From Cyanidioschyzon merolae (Eukaryota): 64,000 nt of DNA. Under the pieces are notes generated by a model. The model searched no databases and was not told the origin of the DNA. It saw only the letters and a list, made by a program, of their open reading frames with translations. Made by a program: the position numbers and the translations under genes. Location of the stretch: NCBI GenBank assembly GCA_000091205.1, contig AP006485.2, one strand, 5' to 3'. This document shows, piece after piece, positions 21,019 through 31,800 of this stretch (position 1 is its first letter; every line of letters begins with the position of its first letter).

Positions 21019-22778
21019 AGGGACAGAGCGCATGCTCCAGAGGCCCCGGATACCCGCTGACGATCATAGCCGGTGTAAAGAGTGGCGCGGGAATCTTGCG
21101 CTTCCACGGAGCATGATGTTGGCGCGTGCGCTCTCTCACTGAGTCTCTCAGTACCAGGAAGCCAAGCAAAGCGATATGCGCACGGTGCTCGCTTGGTACC
21201 TGGGTGCAGCGTGCGCACGGCAGCGCTGCTTCCCGCACCACTGCCGCCAAAAAACGGAACGGGTCGACGAGCGCGGTCGTACGCGATAACGTTTGGTTCG
21301 CTTATCACATCAATAACACAAGCTTTTCGGCGCTTTTTTCTCTGTGACTGCTTCATGGTATCGTCTCTTTTATTCGGCTTTATATTCGTTGGTCTTTCCT
21401 CTTCGGTAAGCTCCGTTGTCAGCAGTCGAAGGATGTTGATGGCAGCGTGCAACTCCTGATTTCGCTGTTTCCGACTGTATTCCATGCATTTCATGACCAA
21501 GCGGAAGCTTCGACCTACGCTTCTTCTGAAACGAACATCTTCTTCGTTCTATAAAGCATCGGCGTGCTCTTCGCAGCGGGCACACTTGGATCCTGTCAGG
21601 TATACTCATGTTTCGGCCAGAGCGTATTCTACGAGCGGTGTCCCACGGAGCACGAACGCGTGCTTCATCACTCGGAATACATCCCTAACTGGTACAGAAA
21701 AATCCAGTCAATGTCATTCTCCGTCTTCGCGCTCGCTGCCGCACCACAGGATCATGAGTTCTCCCATACTGTTCCTTTGGGCGAGTCCTATGTCTGCTGC
21801 AGACACAAGCGCAGGCTACACCATTCGATAGGTAATTTGTGGAGCTTGATGCTGTGTATCATGGGCAAGCATCGGAATGGCATTGAGTCTTGAGAACGAG
21901 TCCAGAAATACTGATTCGTGTACGCTACCTTCGAGCAAAGTGGTTATGCCCGCGCGACTGGTGCGGATCGTTGCAATGATTAACGTCCGAGTCGGATGTT
22001 ATTTGCGATGCCGAACGAAAACACGGGAGCATCTGGGAGCATATTCCATGACTGGTATCGAGTTCGTGTGGAGAGATATTTCGTCCATGTCGACAAAGAA
22101 GGAAGGGTTTCGTCTGCGAACGGACTCGTTTACTGGACGTGAGAATTTTAGTGAGTTTTCGGCATGAGGTCACGAAGGAGTCGTCAACGTACAAAGTCGA
22201 AACTTCGCTCGCCAATCCAGCGGCGCGAATCTCTTCCCCGTGTTTTTGCTTGAAACGTGGAGATCGTGATCTTGAAATATACGACATTTGAGCATACGAA
22301 ACGTAAATAAAGGAGAAGAATGGAGGCTTGGACCAATGAACAGGATCATGAGATAGGTACTTTTACCGGCCCCTGTTGGAGGATGTCACGAATCATGCCG
22401 ATTCTGGTAACGTAACGATTCCAAACTGCAAAGACTCGAAGAAACCACTGCAAAAGACAAAGAAAACAACGCATCAATCTGTAAACCCATTGTTGATGCA
22501 CATCGAATGCAGTGGCTGTACATCTAGATCAAGCTAGGAGAATATTTCGGAATCTAGGAACAGCGCCAGCAGTTCAGCGCTCCATTCGAACCCCACAAGA
22601 GTCTAGCGTTCAGAGCGGGCACTTTGTCAACGTTTCTACCAAGCCGGCTCCCCAGTTTGACGCGTCGTCAAGAAAGACACACACGCTGTCCAGGCATACA
22701 TTGCAGCAACCAAGCCGTGCGCGACATCCGAAGCGCAAGGCGTCGTAGAGCGCTTTTCCGCCTGGAGACGACGCCTCC

Positions 22779-22915
22779 GGTGGCACTGCGACAGCAACAC
22801 CAAGACGCATTCCAGGGCACGGTGAAGACGATGCCTTCTCTGGAGGCACTGCGACAGCAACACCAAGACGCATTCCAGGGCACGGTGAAGACGATGCCTT
22901 CTCTGGAGGCACATA
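22779..22915. repeat. 63-bp tandem repeat, ~2.2 copies, just downstream of the ERO1 3' end.
   Basis: The unit tggaggcactgcgacagcaacaccaagacgcattccagggcacggtgaagacgatgccttctc recurs back-to-back. Confidence 0.85.
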
Positions 22916-23034
22916 CAGGCTCCATCCAAAGCGGCGCACCAGGCGGGACGCGCACCCCTGCAAGCGGGTGCCGCGTGCAGCGCGTCTCCAGTGGCCGCGA
23001 ATCCAGAGTTGCAAGACGCTGAGCGTCCACATGT

Positions 23035-24864
23035 TCAGTTTCGTTTACGTCGCATAGCGCTGGCACTCCGATGCACCAGTCCACGATAAGCAAGGATCTC
23101 CCCAGCAAAGTGACGCAACAACATGGATCCCAGTCCGCAGAGAATCGCCGCAGCGAAGCACAACCATAAGCGTTGTTTCTTGGTCTCCTGGACGATCATC
23201 CACTCCATTTCATGGATACTTCGGATGGAAAGACAGAGATTTTTCAGCAAATTAACCAAGGCTACTACTTCGTTACGCGTGATGCGCATCTCCAAGCGAC
23301 GAGTCGACACACTGGATAAGGACTCAGCGAAGAGAATCTTGAAGGCCGTTCCGAGTCCGAGGAACTGAAGCTTCCCCCAGAGACGACATTTTTCACAGCC
23401 GACGCAGTCCATGATCTTGCTGATGTTCCGAAAGTGAGCGCGGAACTGTACGAGGCAGTCTGCACAACAGCCGCGAAACATCTCGTTTTCGGCAAAAGGC
23501 ACGGCGCAATCGGGAACCGTGCCACGAATGAGTGGATTCTCCAGAACTCGTTCCAAAAGCTCCTTGGTTTGCATGTCCTCGGTTTCATTGCCTGTCCAGT
23601 AATCTGAACGCTGCAAGAGCAGCGGTGCGGCTTGATTCATTGCCCGCAGAGCCAGCGCATACACAAAGTACAGGTTCTCAATGCGTTCCGGATAGTAGCG
23701 CAGCCGCTCCCGATACAGGCGTGTGTTGTAGCCCCAGCGATTCCGTCCGAACAGGTAGCGACGGGCAATGTGGGCATTAATCGAGGCGTGGATACCGCTG
23801 ATACAGCGGTAAAACACGCGTTCTTCTCGGCACCCGGCAGGACGCACTGGAGCCAGAGTAGAAACCGAGCCTTGGCGAAGCAGTTGTTCGGCGACGCTGC
23901 CGGCTGCGTCACCGCTCAGGCATGGAAGCGGCCGAAAACAGTTCTCTCGGTAAACCGCATCCCATATGTGCTGGCCCTGGTATCCTGTGAAGCCTTCAGG
24001 ATTCAGCGCCAGGTCTACGTATTCGGAGAGCTCATCGCTATCGGGCGCTGTCCACGCGGACTCGTCCTCCAGTGCATAGGGCGAGAAAAAAGGCGGCAAC
24101 GCCTGTGATCCCCTCGGGCGCTCTACACGCCCTAAGGTTGCTTCCTGCTCCCCACGCGGGTAGTCAGCGACGGGGAAGGTTCTCGTTTGCTCTGTTTGGA
24201 GTACCTGAGACTCGTCGCGGCGCCAGACGGCTGGGATCAGCTCCGGATCACAGACTAGAACCGAACAGTCCGGTTTGGTGCACGTTGCAGCTGTGCCGCC
24301 CCAAAAAGGACACGCCTTGGAAAGATCGACTTTGAAAATTCGAAAATAGAGGCTCGAAGTCAAGCACGTAAGGTCATGACACAGCGACTCGCGTTCAGGC
24401 AGGAAGCTGTACCGTGTCAACGAGTCGTACGTGCACTTGGTATCACTGGGCGAGGTCCCGAGTCCCAGTCGCTTCAAGGAGTACAAATAACGGTAAGTTG
24501 AGGCCGGATCATGTTCACTCCCTATAGCCTGAAAGCTTTCCGGTGAAATTATGACGCAGATGCAGAGCAAGCAGGCAAGCGTGCCCGTCAAACGCGTCGC
24601 GTGGAGCCGCATAGAGGAGCAGTGCGCTCGGTAACCGTACCAGAACGCTTCTATCACCCCAAGTCCAAGTATGTTGGTTAGAGTGATGGAAACAGACCAA
24701 TCTATAGATCGAAACCTGCGCCCTCTGATAATAATCACGAGCCAATGACCGTTCCTTTTACCGTGTGGCTCGTACTGCCAACTGGAACGAAAGCAGAAGC
24801 GCACGCGCCCGAGTGCATCCTGCCAAACATGCGCGCAGGGCGTGCAAGAGAACTGGCGAGTCAT
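23035..24864 (-). CDS. ERO1: Endoplasmic reticulum oxidoreductin ERO1.
   Basis: CVGCEKCRLWGKLQFLGLGTAFKILF (ERO1 CxxCxxC active site), ...FRGCCADCLVQFRAHF..., and an N-terminal hydrophobic/signal region. The start is ATG (MTRQFSC). Confidence 0.8.
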   Translation of the reverse strand: MTRQFSCTPCAHVWQDALGRVRFCFRSSWQYEPHGKRNGHWLVIIIRGRRFRSIDWSVSITLTNILGLGVIEAFWYGYRAHCSSMRLHATRLTGTLACLLCICVIISPESFQAIGSEHDPASTYRYLYSLKRLGLGTSPSDTKCTYDSLTRYSFLPERESLCHDLTCLTSSLYFRIFKVDLSKACPFWGGTAATCTKPDCSVLVCDPELIPAVWRRDESQVLQTEQTRTFPVADYPRGEQEATLGRVERPRGSQALPPFFSPYALEDESAWTAPDSDELSEYVDLALNPEGFTGYQGQHIWDAVYRENCFRPLPCLSGDAAGSVAEQLLRQGSVSTLAPVRPAGCREERVFYRCISGIHASINAHIARRYLFGRNRWGYNTRLYRERLRYYPERIENLYFVYALALRAMNQAAPLLLQRSDYWTGNETEDMQTKELLERVLENPLIRGTVPDCAVPFAENEMFRGCCADCLVQFRAHFRNISKIMDCVGCEKCRLWGKLQFLGLGTAFKILFAESLSSVSTRRLEMRITRNEVVALVNLLKNLCLSIRSIHEMEWMIVQETKKQRLWLCFAAAILCGLGSMLLRHFAGEILAYRGLVHRSASAMRRKRN

Positions 24865-25270
24865 TCCATGTTGACGGAATTTCGGAAAAGGTTTATATAG
24901 ATATAGAAGAGAAAGCTCACGAGAACTGGCGAGTCATTCTTTGTTGACGGAATGTCGAAAAGGTTTATATAGATATAGAAGAGAAAGCTCACGAGAACTG
25001 GCGAGTCATTCTTTGTTGACGGAATGTCGAAAAGGTTTCTATAGATATAGAAGAGAAAGCTCACGAGAACTGGCGAGTCATTCTTTGTTGACGGAATGTC
25101 GAAAAGGTTTATATAGATATAGAAGAGAAAGCTCACGAGCACTGGCGGGTCATCCTTCGTTGATGGAATGTCGAAAAGGTTTCTATAGATATAGAAGAGA
25201 AAGCTCACGAGAACTGGCGAGTCATTCTTTGTTGATGGAATGTCGAAAAGGTATACATAGATATGGAAGC
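24845..25270. repeat. 72-bp minisatellite, ~5.9 copies. It begins inside the ERO1 start-codon region and extends upstream of the gene.
   Basis: The unit atatagaagagaaagctcacgagaactggcgagtcattctttgttgacggaatgtcgaaaaggtttatatag repeats with few substitutions. The first partial copy encodes the ERO1 initiator (reverse complement atgactcgccagttctc = MTRQFS). Confidence 0.9.
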
Positions 25271-27090
25271 ATTCATTTACGAGCGCAGGTGCCTCGTTCT
25301 TTTGTTGATCAAAAGACTAGGGCGTGAGCCAGAGCTTCAAGAATACGCGGCTGCTACTGGCAACCACGAAAGAGAGCGCCGGTAAATGGCAGAAGTCTTT
25401 AGAGCGCACAGGGCCCCACACCAGTTTCCCTGTTCGCATACAGCGTTGATCGCTCTAGCAGCATTTGATCGCTGGGTTTCGAGCGTCATAGAAGCGCTCC
25501 CAGCAACACTGGATACATCGGCACCACCGAGAACGCTATCCGAATATAGAAAAACTTTGCAGTGTCTGTGCAGGCATCGACTCGAAGGCGTGTCGCGGTG
25601 TATTTGTGCAGGTCTGCGGCCTCCTCGGTGGCGAATGCTGCCTCTCACTACTGCCGCCAGAATCAATGTTCGGTACGGATGCGCATGCCTCGGCGACTCG
25701 GAACGTTCCTAGTCTAGCACAGGGATTGCCAGCCATGCTCCTTGCTTAGCGGCAATGCCGAAAGCGAGTCGTTGACCAACATGAGCGCCAGCGCCAGAAA
25801 CGCGTCCGCTTATCCGTCAGCCAGTTCGTCCGTCCGTTCGTCCCAATAGCGACCGCCGAGGTGCGCAGGCGCGCTCTTCTCGGAACGGAGACACCCTGTG
25901 CGATTCATTGTATGTCAGATCCGGAAGATTCGCTGTTCGAAAATTGCATGCATGTCTCGTGCGACCATGCAAAATATTTTGTGGTATGCAGAGCGCTCAG
26001 TACGCTGAAGGTTTAGCGTCACATTCGATGAGGTGCATCAAATGATGCAAGCAGCGTTCGTTCGCGTCGAGCGTCACGAAGAAGTATGAGCGTCGTTTCC
26101 CATGAAAATCGATCAGTGAAAGCGTTTTCATGGAAAAGGCTCGGAGCGCACAGGCGGCATCATCAGTCGCAGCATCCCTGACACCGTATCCCTCGCAACG
26201 ACGGATTATATGCTACCAACGTTTTCGACGCGCTCGGTGCGGGTGAAATGTGGTCTGCGATGGAATCAGATGCATACCGGATACGATCTGAACGCAGGAC
26301 ATATACAAGATGAAGCAAGAATAGAGCGGTATTCGTGCTCGCTGTCCAGTTGATGCCGCGTTTGATGCGCTTCTGTCCATATTCGAAGAGCACCCACTTG
26401 CAGGTGACGAATGTAGTGCAGCACTTCGCGAAAGAGGTCCAGAGCACCGTCTAGGTAAAAAACGGAAGACCGTAGACGTTCACGACCTCACCAAACGATG
26501 CAGTGAGGGTTCTGCTCTAGCCTTGGGGCAGCTCCTCGGCCGTAGAAAGCTCAGTGCGTCGTTCGGGCGGTTAGCGACGATACCCAAGGTACCCGCTCTT
26601 CAGCGATCACGTCGATGGACGCTCGCTCCGCTGGGTCATCATCGTCGGTTGCTCGTATGCGTCGAGATGTGGCGCAAACGCTGGCATGCTTGCAACGCAC
26701 ATCTCGGAGCAAGGCTCTCCTTTGAAACGCTTCTAGTGCTCCGAATAGCAAGAGCCTCCAGGGTACGCGTGCCCGACAAAGCCAACGTGAAGCGCAAGAA
26801 ACCACGGAATGGAGCAGCTAGAGATCGATCACAGCGGCAGGTCCGGTTTCGGAGCAACGAGCAAGTCGGAAACGAACCAGAACGGATAGCGCCAAGCGCG
26901 GTGAGAGGCTTTCGCTGCCACCTACACGAAGCTGCGTACGTAAAGCGTGCATTGCACGCCCAGACACTTTTGCTTCCTGGGCTGCGACCGGCGCGTTTTC
27001 TTTCGTGTGTCCAGCCTTCACGCGTATACCCTGTCACGCACGTGCGCTTGAGTGCTGGTAGCCGAAGCGAAGGCTTAGGCGCCCAAGATC

Positions 27091-28746
27091 ATGAAGAGGC
27101 TCGCCTCCCACTGGAGCCAGGCTCCGAGGTATCCAACACTTTGGATACAAGCCGCGCAGTGCTCAAGAAGCGCCGCCGTGTGGGTGCGTGTGGGTCCCGT
27201 GTCGCGCACTGCAAACGACCCGGAGGTCATGAAGGGTCACCGAGTTCCGCTGAAGGCCTTCCGGGCCCTGGTGCAACGCACTGCACGCCCGGGCGACGCA
27301 GTGCTCGGTCACTTGCCAGCGCGCTCGTGTATGCAGGCGAGGCGCTGGTACCCTGGCCCAAGCAAACCACACTGGGCCACCGATACTCCGCTAGCGGCAG
27401 GGACGGGCTTCAGCTGGCCGATGCGGGAGCGACGATCACAAAAACGTCGCCAGCGGGCCTGTAGGTACAGTACTGTGCTTCGAAACTGTGACGAGCGCCA
27501 AGCAATACCATCCTCCTCCGCAAAGGCCGCAGAAAACTTCTTCCGAGGCTCAGCGGAGACCAGCGCCGACACCGACCCGGACGAAGGCGGCGTTCCAGAG
27601 TCAAGCTTCACTGTGGATGCGTTTATGGCACCAAAACCTACGCGAATCGATCGAGTGCTCACGGATCGCTTCAGTGAGCCGTCGCGCACGTACTTTCAGT
27701 ACCTCATTACGCAGCGAGCAATTCAAGTGAATGGTCGCGTGGTCCACCGCAAGTCGGAGCTCGTAACGCAGGATGATGTCGTGCATGTTCGCTTCCTGCT
27801 TCCGGAAAACAGCGCTGCACAGGACCTAGTGCCAGAGCATCTGCCGATTGATGTGTTGTACGAAGATGGGGATATTTTGGTCGTGAACAAAGCCGCGGAT
27901 ATGGTGATCCATCCGGCCCCGGGGAACTGGCGCGGTACGCTAGCAAACGCCTTGGCATATCGTTTCGGGAAAGGGGCTGCAGAGGCATCGGCCGCCACTG
28001 TCGAGCCGTCCACCAAACCAGACAGCATCGGAGCAACCGTCGATGCCGACAACGACACAGTGCATGGTGATGAAATGGTCTCCCGAGATTGCGCCTTACG
28101 ACCGGGCATCGTCCATCGCCTGGATAAGGGCACCTCCGGGGTGCTCGTTGTCGCGAAACACAATTTCGCAGAACGCCGCCTCCAGCGCGCTTTCGCACAA
28201 CGCCAAGTGTACAAAGAGTACCTCGCCGTCCTGGCGGGCACACCTCGTTGCCTACAAAATGGACCTTCTCTGGTCGAGCTTCCCATTGGACGCAGCACCC
28301 ATCGATGGATCGAGCAACGCGTCCAAAGCGTCGCGCAAGGCGGCCGCGCTGCGCGCAGTCGCTTCGAAGCGCTGGCGATGCGCCCGTCGATAGCGCCGCT
28401 GACGCTGACACGTGTGCTCATTGAAACCGGGCGCACGCATCAGATTCGCGTGCATGCGCGCTACGGCCTGCAAGCGCCCGTGCTGGGCGATGATCTGTAT
28501 GGATTTCCGGCCTGGAATCAGCGCTATCGGATGCGTGCGCGGCGTCCGCTGCTGCATGCGTGGCGTCTCGGCTTTCGACATCCATGCACCGGCAAGTGGT
28601 GCGTGTTCGAGGCACCGCTTCCAGAAGATTTCAGATATTTCGAGAAACTATTGCAGGTGCGCTGGGCAGAGGTGCCGTCGACTGAGGAGCTTCGAGCACG
28701 CTCAGAAGCAGGTGCAGATAACAGTGCACCGCGCGATCGAATCTAG
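27091..28746 (+). CDS. RluA-family pseudouridine synthase with an S4 RNA-binding domain. It has a long N-terminal extension, so the true start is uncertain.
   Basis: S4-like IDRVLTDRFSEPSRTYFQYLITQRAIQVNGRVV. Catalytic HRLDKGTSGVLVVAKH. HQIRVH near the C-terminus. Confidence 0.7.
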   Translation: MKRLASHWSQAPRYPTLWIQAAQCSRSAAVWVRVGPVSRTANDPEVMKGHRVPLKAFRALVQRTARPGDAVLGHLPARSCMQARRWYPGPSKPHWATDTPLAAGTGFSWPMRERRSQKRRQRACRYSTVLRNCDERQAIPSSSAKAAENFFRGSAETSADTDPDEGGVPESSFTVDAFMAPKPTRIDRVLTDRFSEPSRTYFQYLITQRAIQVNGRVVHRKSELVTQDDVVHVRFLLPENSAAQDLVPEHLPIDVLYEDGDILVVNKAADMVIHPAPGNWRGTLANALAYRFGKGAAEASAATVEPSTKPDSIGATVDADNDTVHGDEMVSRDCALRPGIVHRLDKGTSGVLVVAKHNFAERRLQRAFAQRQVYKEYLAVLAGTPRCLQNGPSLVELPIGRSTHRWIEQRVQSVAQGGRAARSRFEALAMRPSIAPLTLTRVLIETGRTHQIRVHARYGLQAPVLGDDLYGFPAWNQRYRMRARRPLLHAWRLGFRHPCTGKWCVFEAPLPEDFRYFEKLLQVRWAEVPSTEELRARSEAGADNSAPRDRI

Positions 28747-30394
28747 CCCAGGCAAAGTTCTCATCTGGTCCGTGATTGCGATCGGAGGGCAGCGCAAACG
28801 CGAGCACGCCGATAGGAATCGCTGTGGATCGGTTCGTGACGCGAGCGACATAACGTTTCCCGTGGGTCTGCAACAAGCTCAACGCTGGAATGCTGGCTCC
28901 TGAGTACACTGGGACCACGCTGGAGCCGTACGCTGCGAGCAGCGTTGCTCGCACCAGGGATACCAGCGCGCTCTCCGGATCCGATACAAATGGTTCAGCA
29001 AAGAAGGAGAGGTTCTGGCACCTGCATCGCAAGCCGCGATCTTCGAGATGCTGCTGCGCGTAGCGCTGGACGTGATCGCAGAGCGCGATGGCGATGCCTC
29101 GGGCATCCTGTCCCGGCACCAGACGCATGAGGATTTTGGCTGTCGCTCGTGCGGGGATCGCGCCACGAATCCCTTCGCCAACGTAGCCGCCGCCAATACC
29201 GACGATTTCCAGCGTTGGACGGAACCATAGGCGCGCGAGATAACTTGGAAAGAGCGCGTGCTCGCCGCCGCCCAGCGTCGAGAGACCCAGAGATTGCGCA
29301 GCAGCTTTTTCTGATGGTAGCTTGCGTTTTGCCCCCTGCAGAGCTGCTGCGTAGATCGGCGGCAGGCTGGACATGTTCGAATACGGAATGCCGTTGTAGA
29401 AACCAGCGATCCGCGCCGCTCCGGTTTCGGAATCGTGCAGTGATGCCACGAGCCCTGCGATACCCTGCAGCGGGTTTGCGACAGCGCCACCCCACTGGCC
29501 AGAGTGTACGTCGTTTTGCGGCCCGTGGACATCGATCTGAAACGCCGCAGCACCTCGCATACCGAGAAGCAACGCACCGGTGCGTTCATCGACCTGGCCT
29601 CCGTCCACGGACACGATGAAGTCCAGCACCTTGCCAGGGCAAGCATCAGCTGATTGGTTGCCGCATGGCATGCCAAAGAGGAAATCTGCATGATCTTCGA
29701 GGAGGCGTTCAAAGCCCGGGCTGCCGGTCTCCTCCTCGCCTTCGAACAACAACTTGACAACGAGAGGAGGTGCTTCATCTTCACCTGATAGATGCCGGCG
29801 CAGTATCGTAAGTGCTGTTAGAAGCGTCACCACACCCGCCTTGTCGTCGCTCGCACCACGCGCATAGATGCGTCCGTCTAACTCCGCGGGCTGGAAAGCG
29901 TCTGCAGTCGTCGTCCAGCCGTCCTCACGGGCGTCGGCCGGTTGCACATCGTAGTGACCGTAAAAGAGGACACCTCGTGCTGGCAGCGCTCCAGAGCTCC
30001 GCGACTGCAGCACTTCGTGAAGCGCGTGCTCGCGTCCAAAGGTGCACTGGGCAAGCAACGCAGGACGCCGTCCGTGCCGCTCGACCACGTGGACCACTTC
30101 ACAGCCTACGTCGTTCTGAGCGATGCCTCGTAGGCGTTCGACACAAGCCCGAAACTCAGCTTCGTTCCCCAGCTGACTCGACACGGTTCGGTAGCGCACG
30201 AGTTCGCGTAACCAGTCACGAAAACGCTCCCGATCGGCGTTGTAGTCGAGCACTGCCTGCCGAAGAGCACGCACGGCATGAACCGACAGAGTCTCCCCGA
30301 CCCGCACCCGCCCCAGGTGTACGACATAATACCAGGCACTGAGCCCTGATAAAACGCTCAGGCTTATCAGGAATAAAAGTCTCCACTGGTTCAT
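28631..30394 (-). CDS. M20-family metallopeptidase (CNDP-type Xaa-His dipeptidase-like) with an N-terminal signal anchor. It overlaps the RluA gene's 3' end by ~116 bp.
   Basis: ARGASDDKAGV, FEGEEETGSPGF, HSGQWGGAVANPLQ. The start is moved to an internal ATG (MNQWRLLFLISLSVLSGLSAWYYV). The ORF-track start upstream adds 81 residues with no family similarity. Confidence 0.72.
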   Translation of the reverse strand: MNQWRLLFLISLSVLSGLSAWYYVVHLGRVRVGETLSVHAVRALRQAVLDYNADRERFRDWLRELVRYRTVSSQLGNEAEFRACVERLRGIAQNDVGCEVVHVVERHGRRPALLAQCTFGREHALHEVLQSRSSGALPARGVLFYGHYDVQPADAREDGWTTTADAFQPAELDGRIYARGASDDKAGVVTLLTALTILRRHLSGEDEAPPLVVKLLFEGEEETGSPGFERLLEDHADFLFGMPCGNQSADACPGKVLDFIVSVDGGQVDERTGALLLGMRGAAAFQIDVHGPQNDVHSGQWGGAVANPLQGIAGLVASLHDSETGAARIAGFYNGIPYSNMSSLPPIYAAALQGAKRKLPSEKAAAQSLGLSTLGGGEHALFPSYLARLWFRPTLEIVGIGGGYVGEGIRGAIPARATAKILMRLVPGQDARGIAIALCDHVQRYAQQHLEDRGLRCRCQNLSFFAEPFVSDPESALVSLVRATLLAAYGSSVVPVYSGASIPALSLLQTHGKRYVARVTNRSTAIPIGVLAFALPSDRNHGPDENFAWARFDRAVHCYLHLLLSVLEAPQSTAPLPSAPAIVSRNI

Positions 30395-30640
30395 GTGCGG
30401 CGTCCTGTGCTTTACAAAAGCGCATAGAGTCAGGCGCGTACACAGCATCGTAATTGTGCTATGGAGACGGACTAGGATGATGGAAAGAACGTCTATAGTT
30501 ATATAGGTTTTTACAGATCGATGCGACGACCTGGGGATTCCCCGAATTTCTCCCGGTCTTGGATTGTCGGTATGGACCAGTGGATGCCCGACTACCAGCG
30601 ACACCCTGATGAGTGCGCGTCCCTGATCGAGCCGCATGCT

Positions 30641-30945
30641 AGACGGGCACAGAAGCTTATGCTCGATTCCTGGGTATGTTTTTGCAACTGGTGCCGGTCC
30701 GTAAGATCATCGGTTTCTGCTGGGCGATCCCGAAGCCGAGTACGCTGTCTGCGACACACGCAAGTGCACGCTGTTGCATTTGGTAGAGGACTCGTTGAAA
30801 GTGATATTTCCGTGACGAAACAAGTACAAGAAGCAAACTCGAACCTGGAGAACACGTCGAAAAACTTCCACACGACAACGCTCTCTTTATGCGACCCGAT
30901 GACGCACGCTTCGATGGATGTGATCGCTGTGATGATTCGAGTCCA
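30641..30945 (-). mobile_element. 305-bp fragment of the TnpB/Fanzor-like repeat family (copy C).
   Basis: Near-identical to 33876-34181. The minus-strand translation ...SSLLLVLVSSRKYHFQRVLYQMQQRALACVADSVLGFGIAQQKPMILRTGTSC parallels ...SLLHHDRYRVPELVYRMEQRALVYAADSLFTDTIAQKELVIPRYCTECGH of the 41-kb element. Both copies end at the same point (gacgggcacagaagc). Confidence 0.6.
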
Positions 30946-31662
30946 AGATCGTTTTCCATGCAAAAAGCAGAGACGAGAACCTCTGGGAATATATCCCAGT
31001 AGAGGTATCGTGTTGCTGCGGAATGCTGCTTCTTCATTCGGTACAAAGTGCGGAAAATTTGCGTCTCGATCCAAATGAATGATTTCGCATGACGAATTCA
31101 GTGGTCTGTCGTCATGGGCGTATGAACAAGTCTTCGAAGGATGAATTCGAAGTCTCTATTCGTCAATACAGCGGCACGAGCTGCTGTGCAAGTGAGCTGC
31201 ATTGAAACTGAGCGAGCGAAAACATGAAGGATGCGTCACTTGTGCTTCCTACTTATAAGGAAATGCACAGAGAGAAGACCTGCATGCATGAACTGGATAA
31301 TGCTTCATGTTATTGTAGAGACGCCTGCTCGATGACGCCGCGAATCACCCTGACTACGATCACGTATCGAATTCCAGCGGCATAGCGCCAAACGATCCAT
31401 TCTGAGAAGACGACCACGAGTCCTAGAGTTACACATAAATCCATCATCACTTGTTGCAGCACTTTGAGCAGCGATCCTGTACATTTAAAATTGAACGTAA
31501 AAAGCGATAGGTAGGAAGATAGCTAGCGTTTCCGTGTTGATCACACACGGTTTTGGTGAAGCGCCCAGGCTCGCCGTCCAGCGCCGACGCCGACCCGCCA
31601 CGTGCGCACGCGAAGCCAACATGACATCGTTTTGAACGACGAAAACGTGTCGGAGAGTGCAG

Positions 31663-31698
31663 GTGAGTGAGTGAGTGAGTGTGTGTGTGTGTGTGTGT
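31663..31698. repeat. (GTGA)n(GT)n compound microsatellite, ~100 bp upstream of the DHODH gene.
   Basis: gtgagtgagtgagtgagtgagtgtgtgtgtgtgtgtgtg. Confidence 0.9.
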
Positions 31699-31800
31699 GG
31701 TTTCCTGAGCACCTCGTTGTCTGTTGTTGTGGGAAAACGTCGATCAGTTCAAGATAAGCGACACATGTTGCGTTGACGTGGACAGAAGTCGTGAACGCCA

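Noticed and set aside
24845-25270. CRISPR-like array (regular direct repeats)
   Set aside because: The units are contiguous with no unique spacers, the context is eukaryotic nuclear DNA, and the unit derives from the adjacent gene's start region. It is a minisatellite, not CRISPR. The same reasoning applies to the 58-bp array at 62090-62480.
24941-25327. 128-aa ORF with a 24-aa internal repeat (LLTECRKGLYRYRRESSRELASHS)
   Set aside because: It is an artefact of reading through the 72-bp (24-codon) minisatellite. The array is better explained as reiterated ERO1 5' sequence on the opposite strand.
26523-27464. 313-aa + strand ORF
   Set aside because: It overlaps the RluA gene's N-terminal region in a different frame, has Arg/Gly/Ala-rich composition typical of spurious ORFs in GC-rich DNA, and no family similarity.
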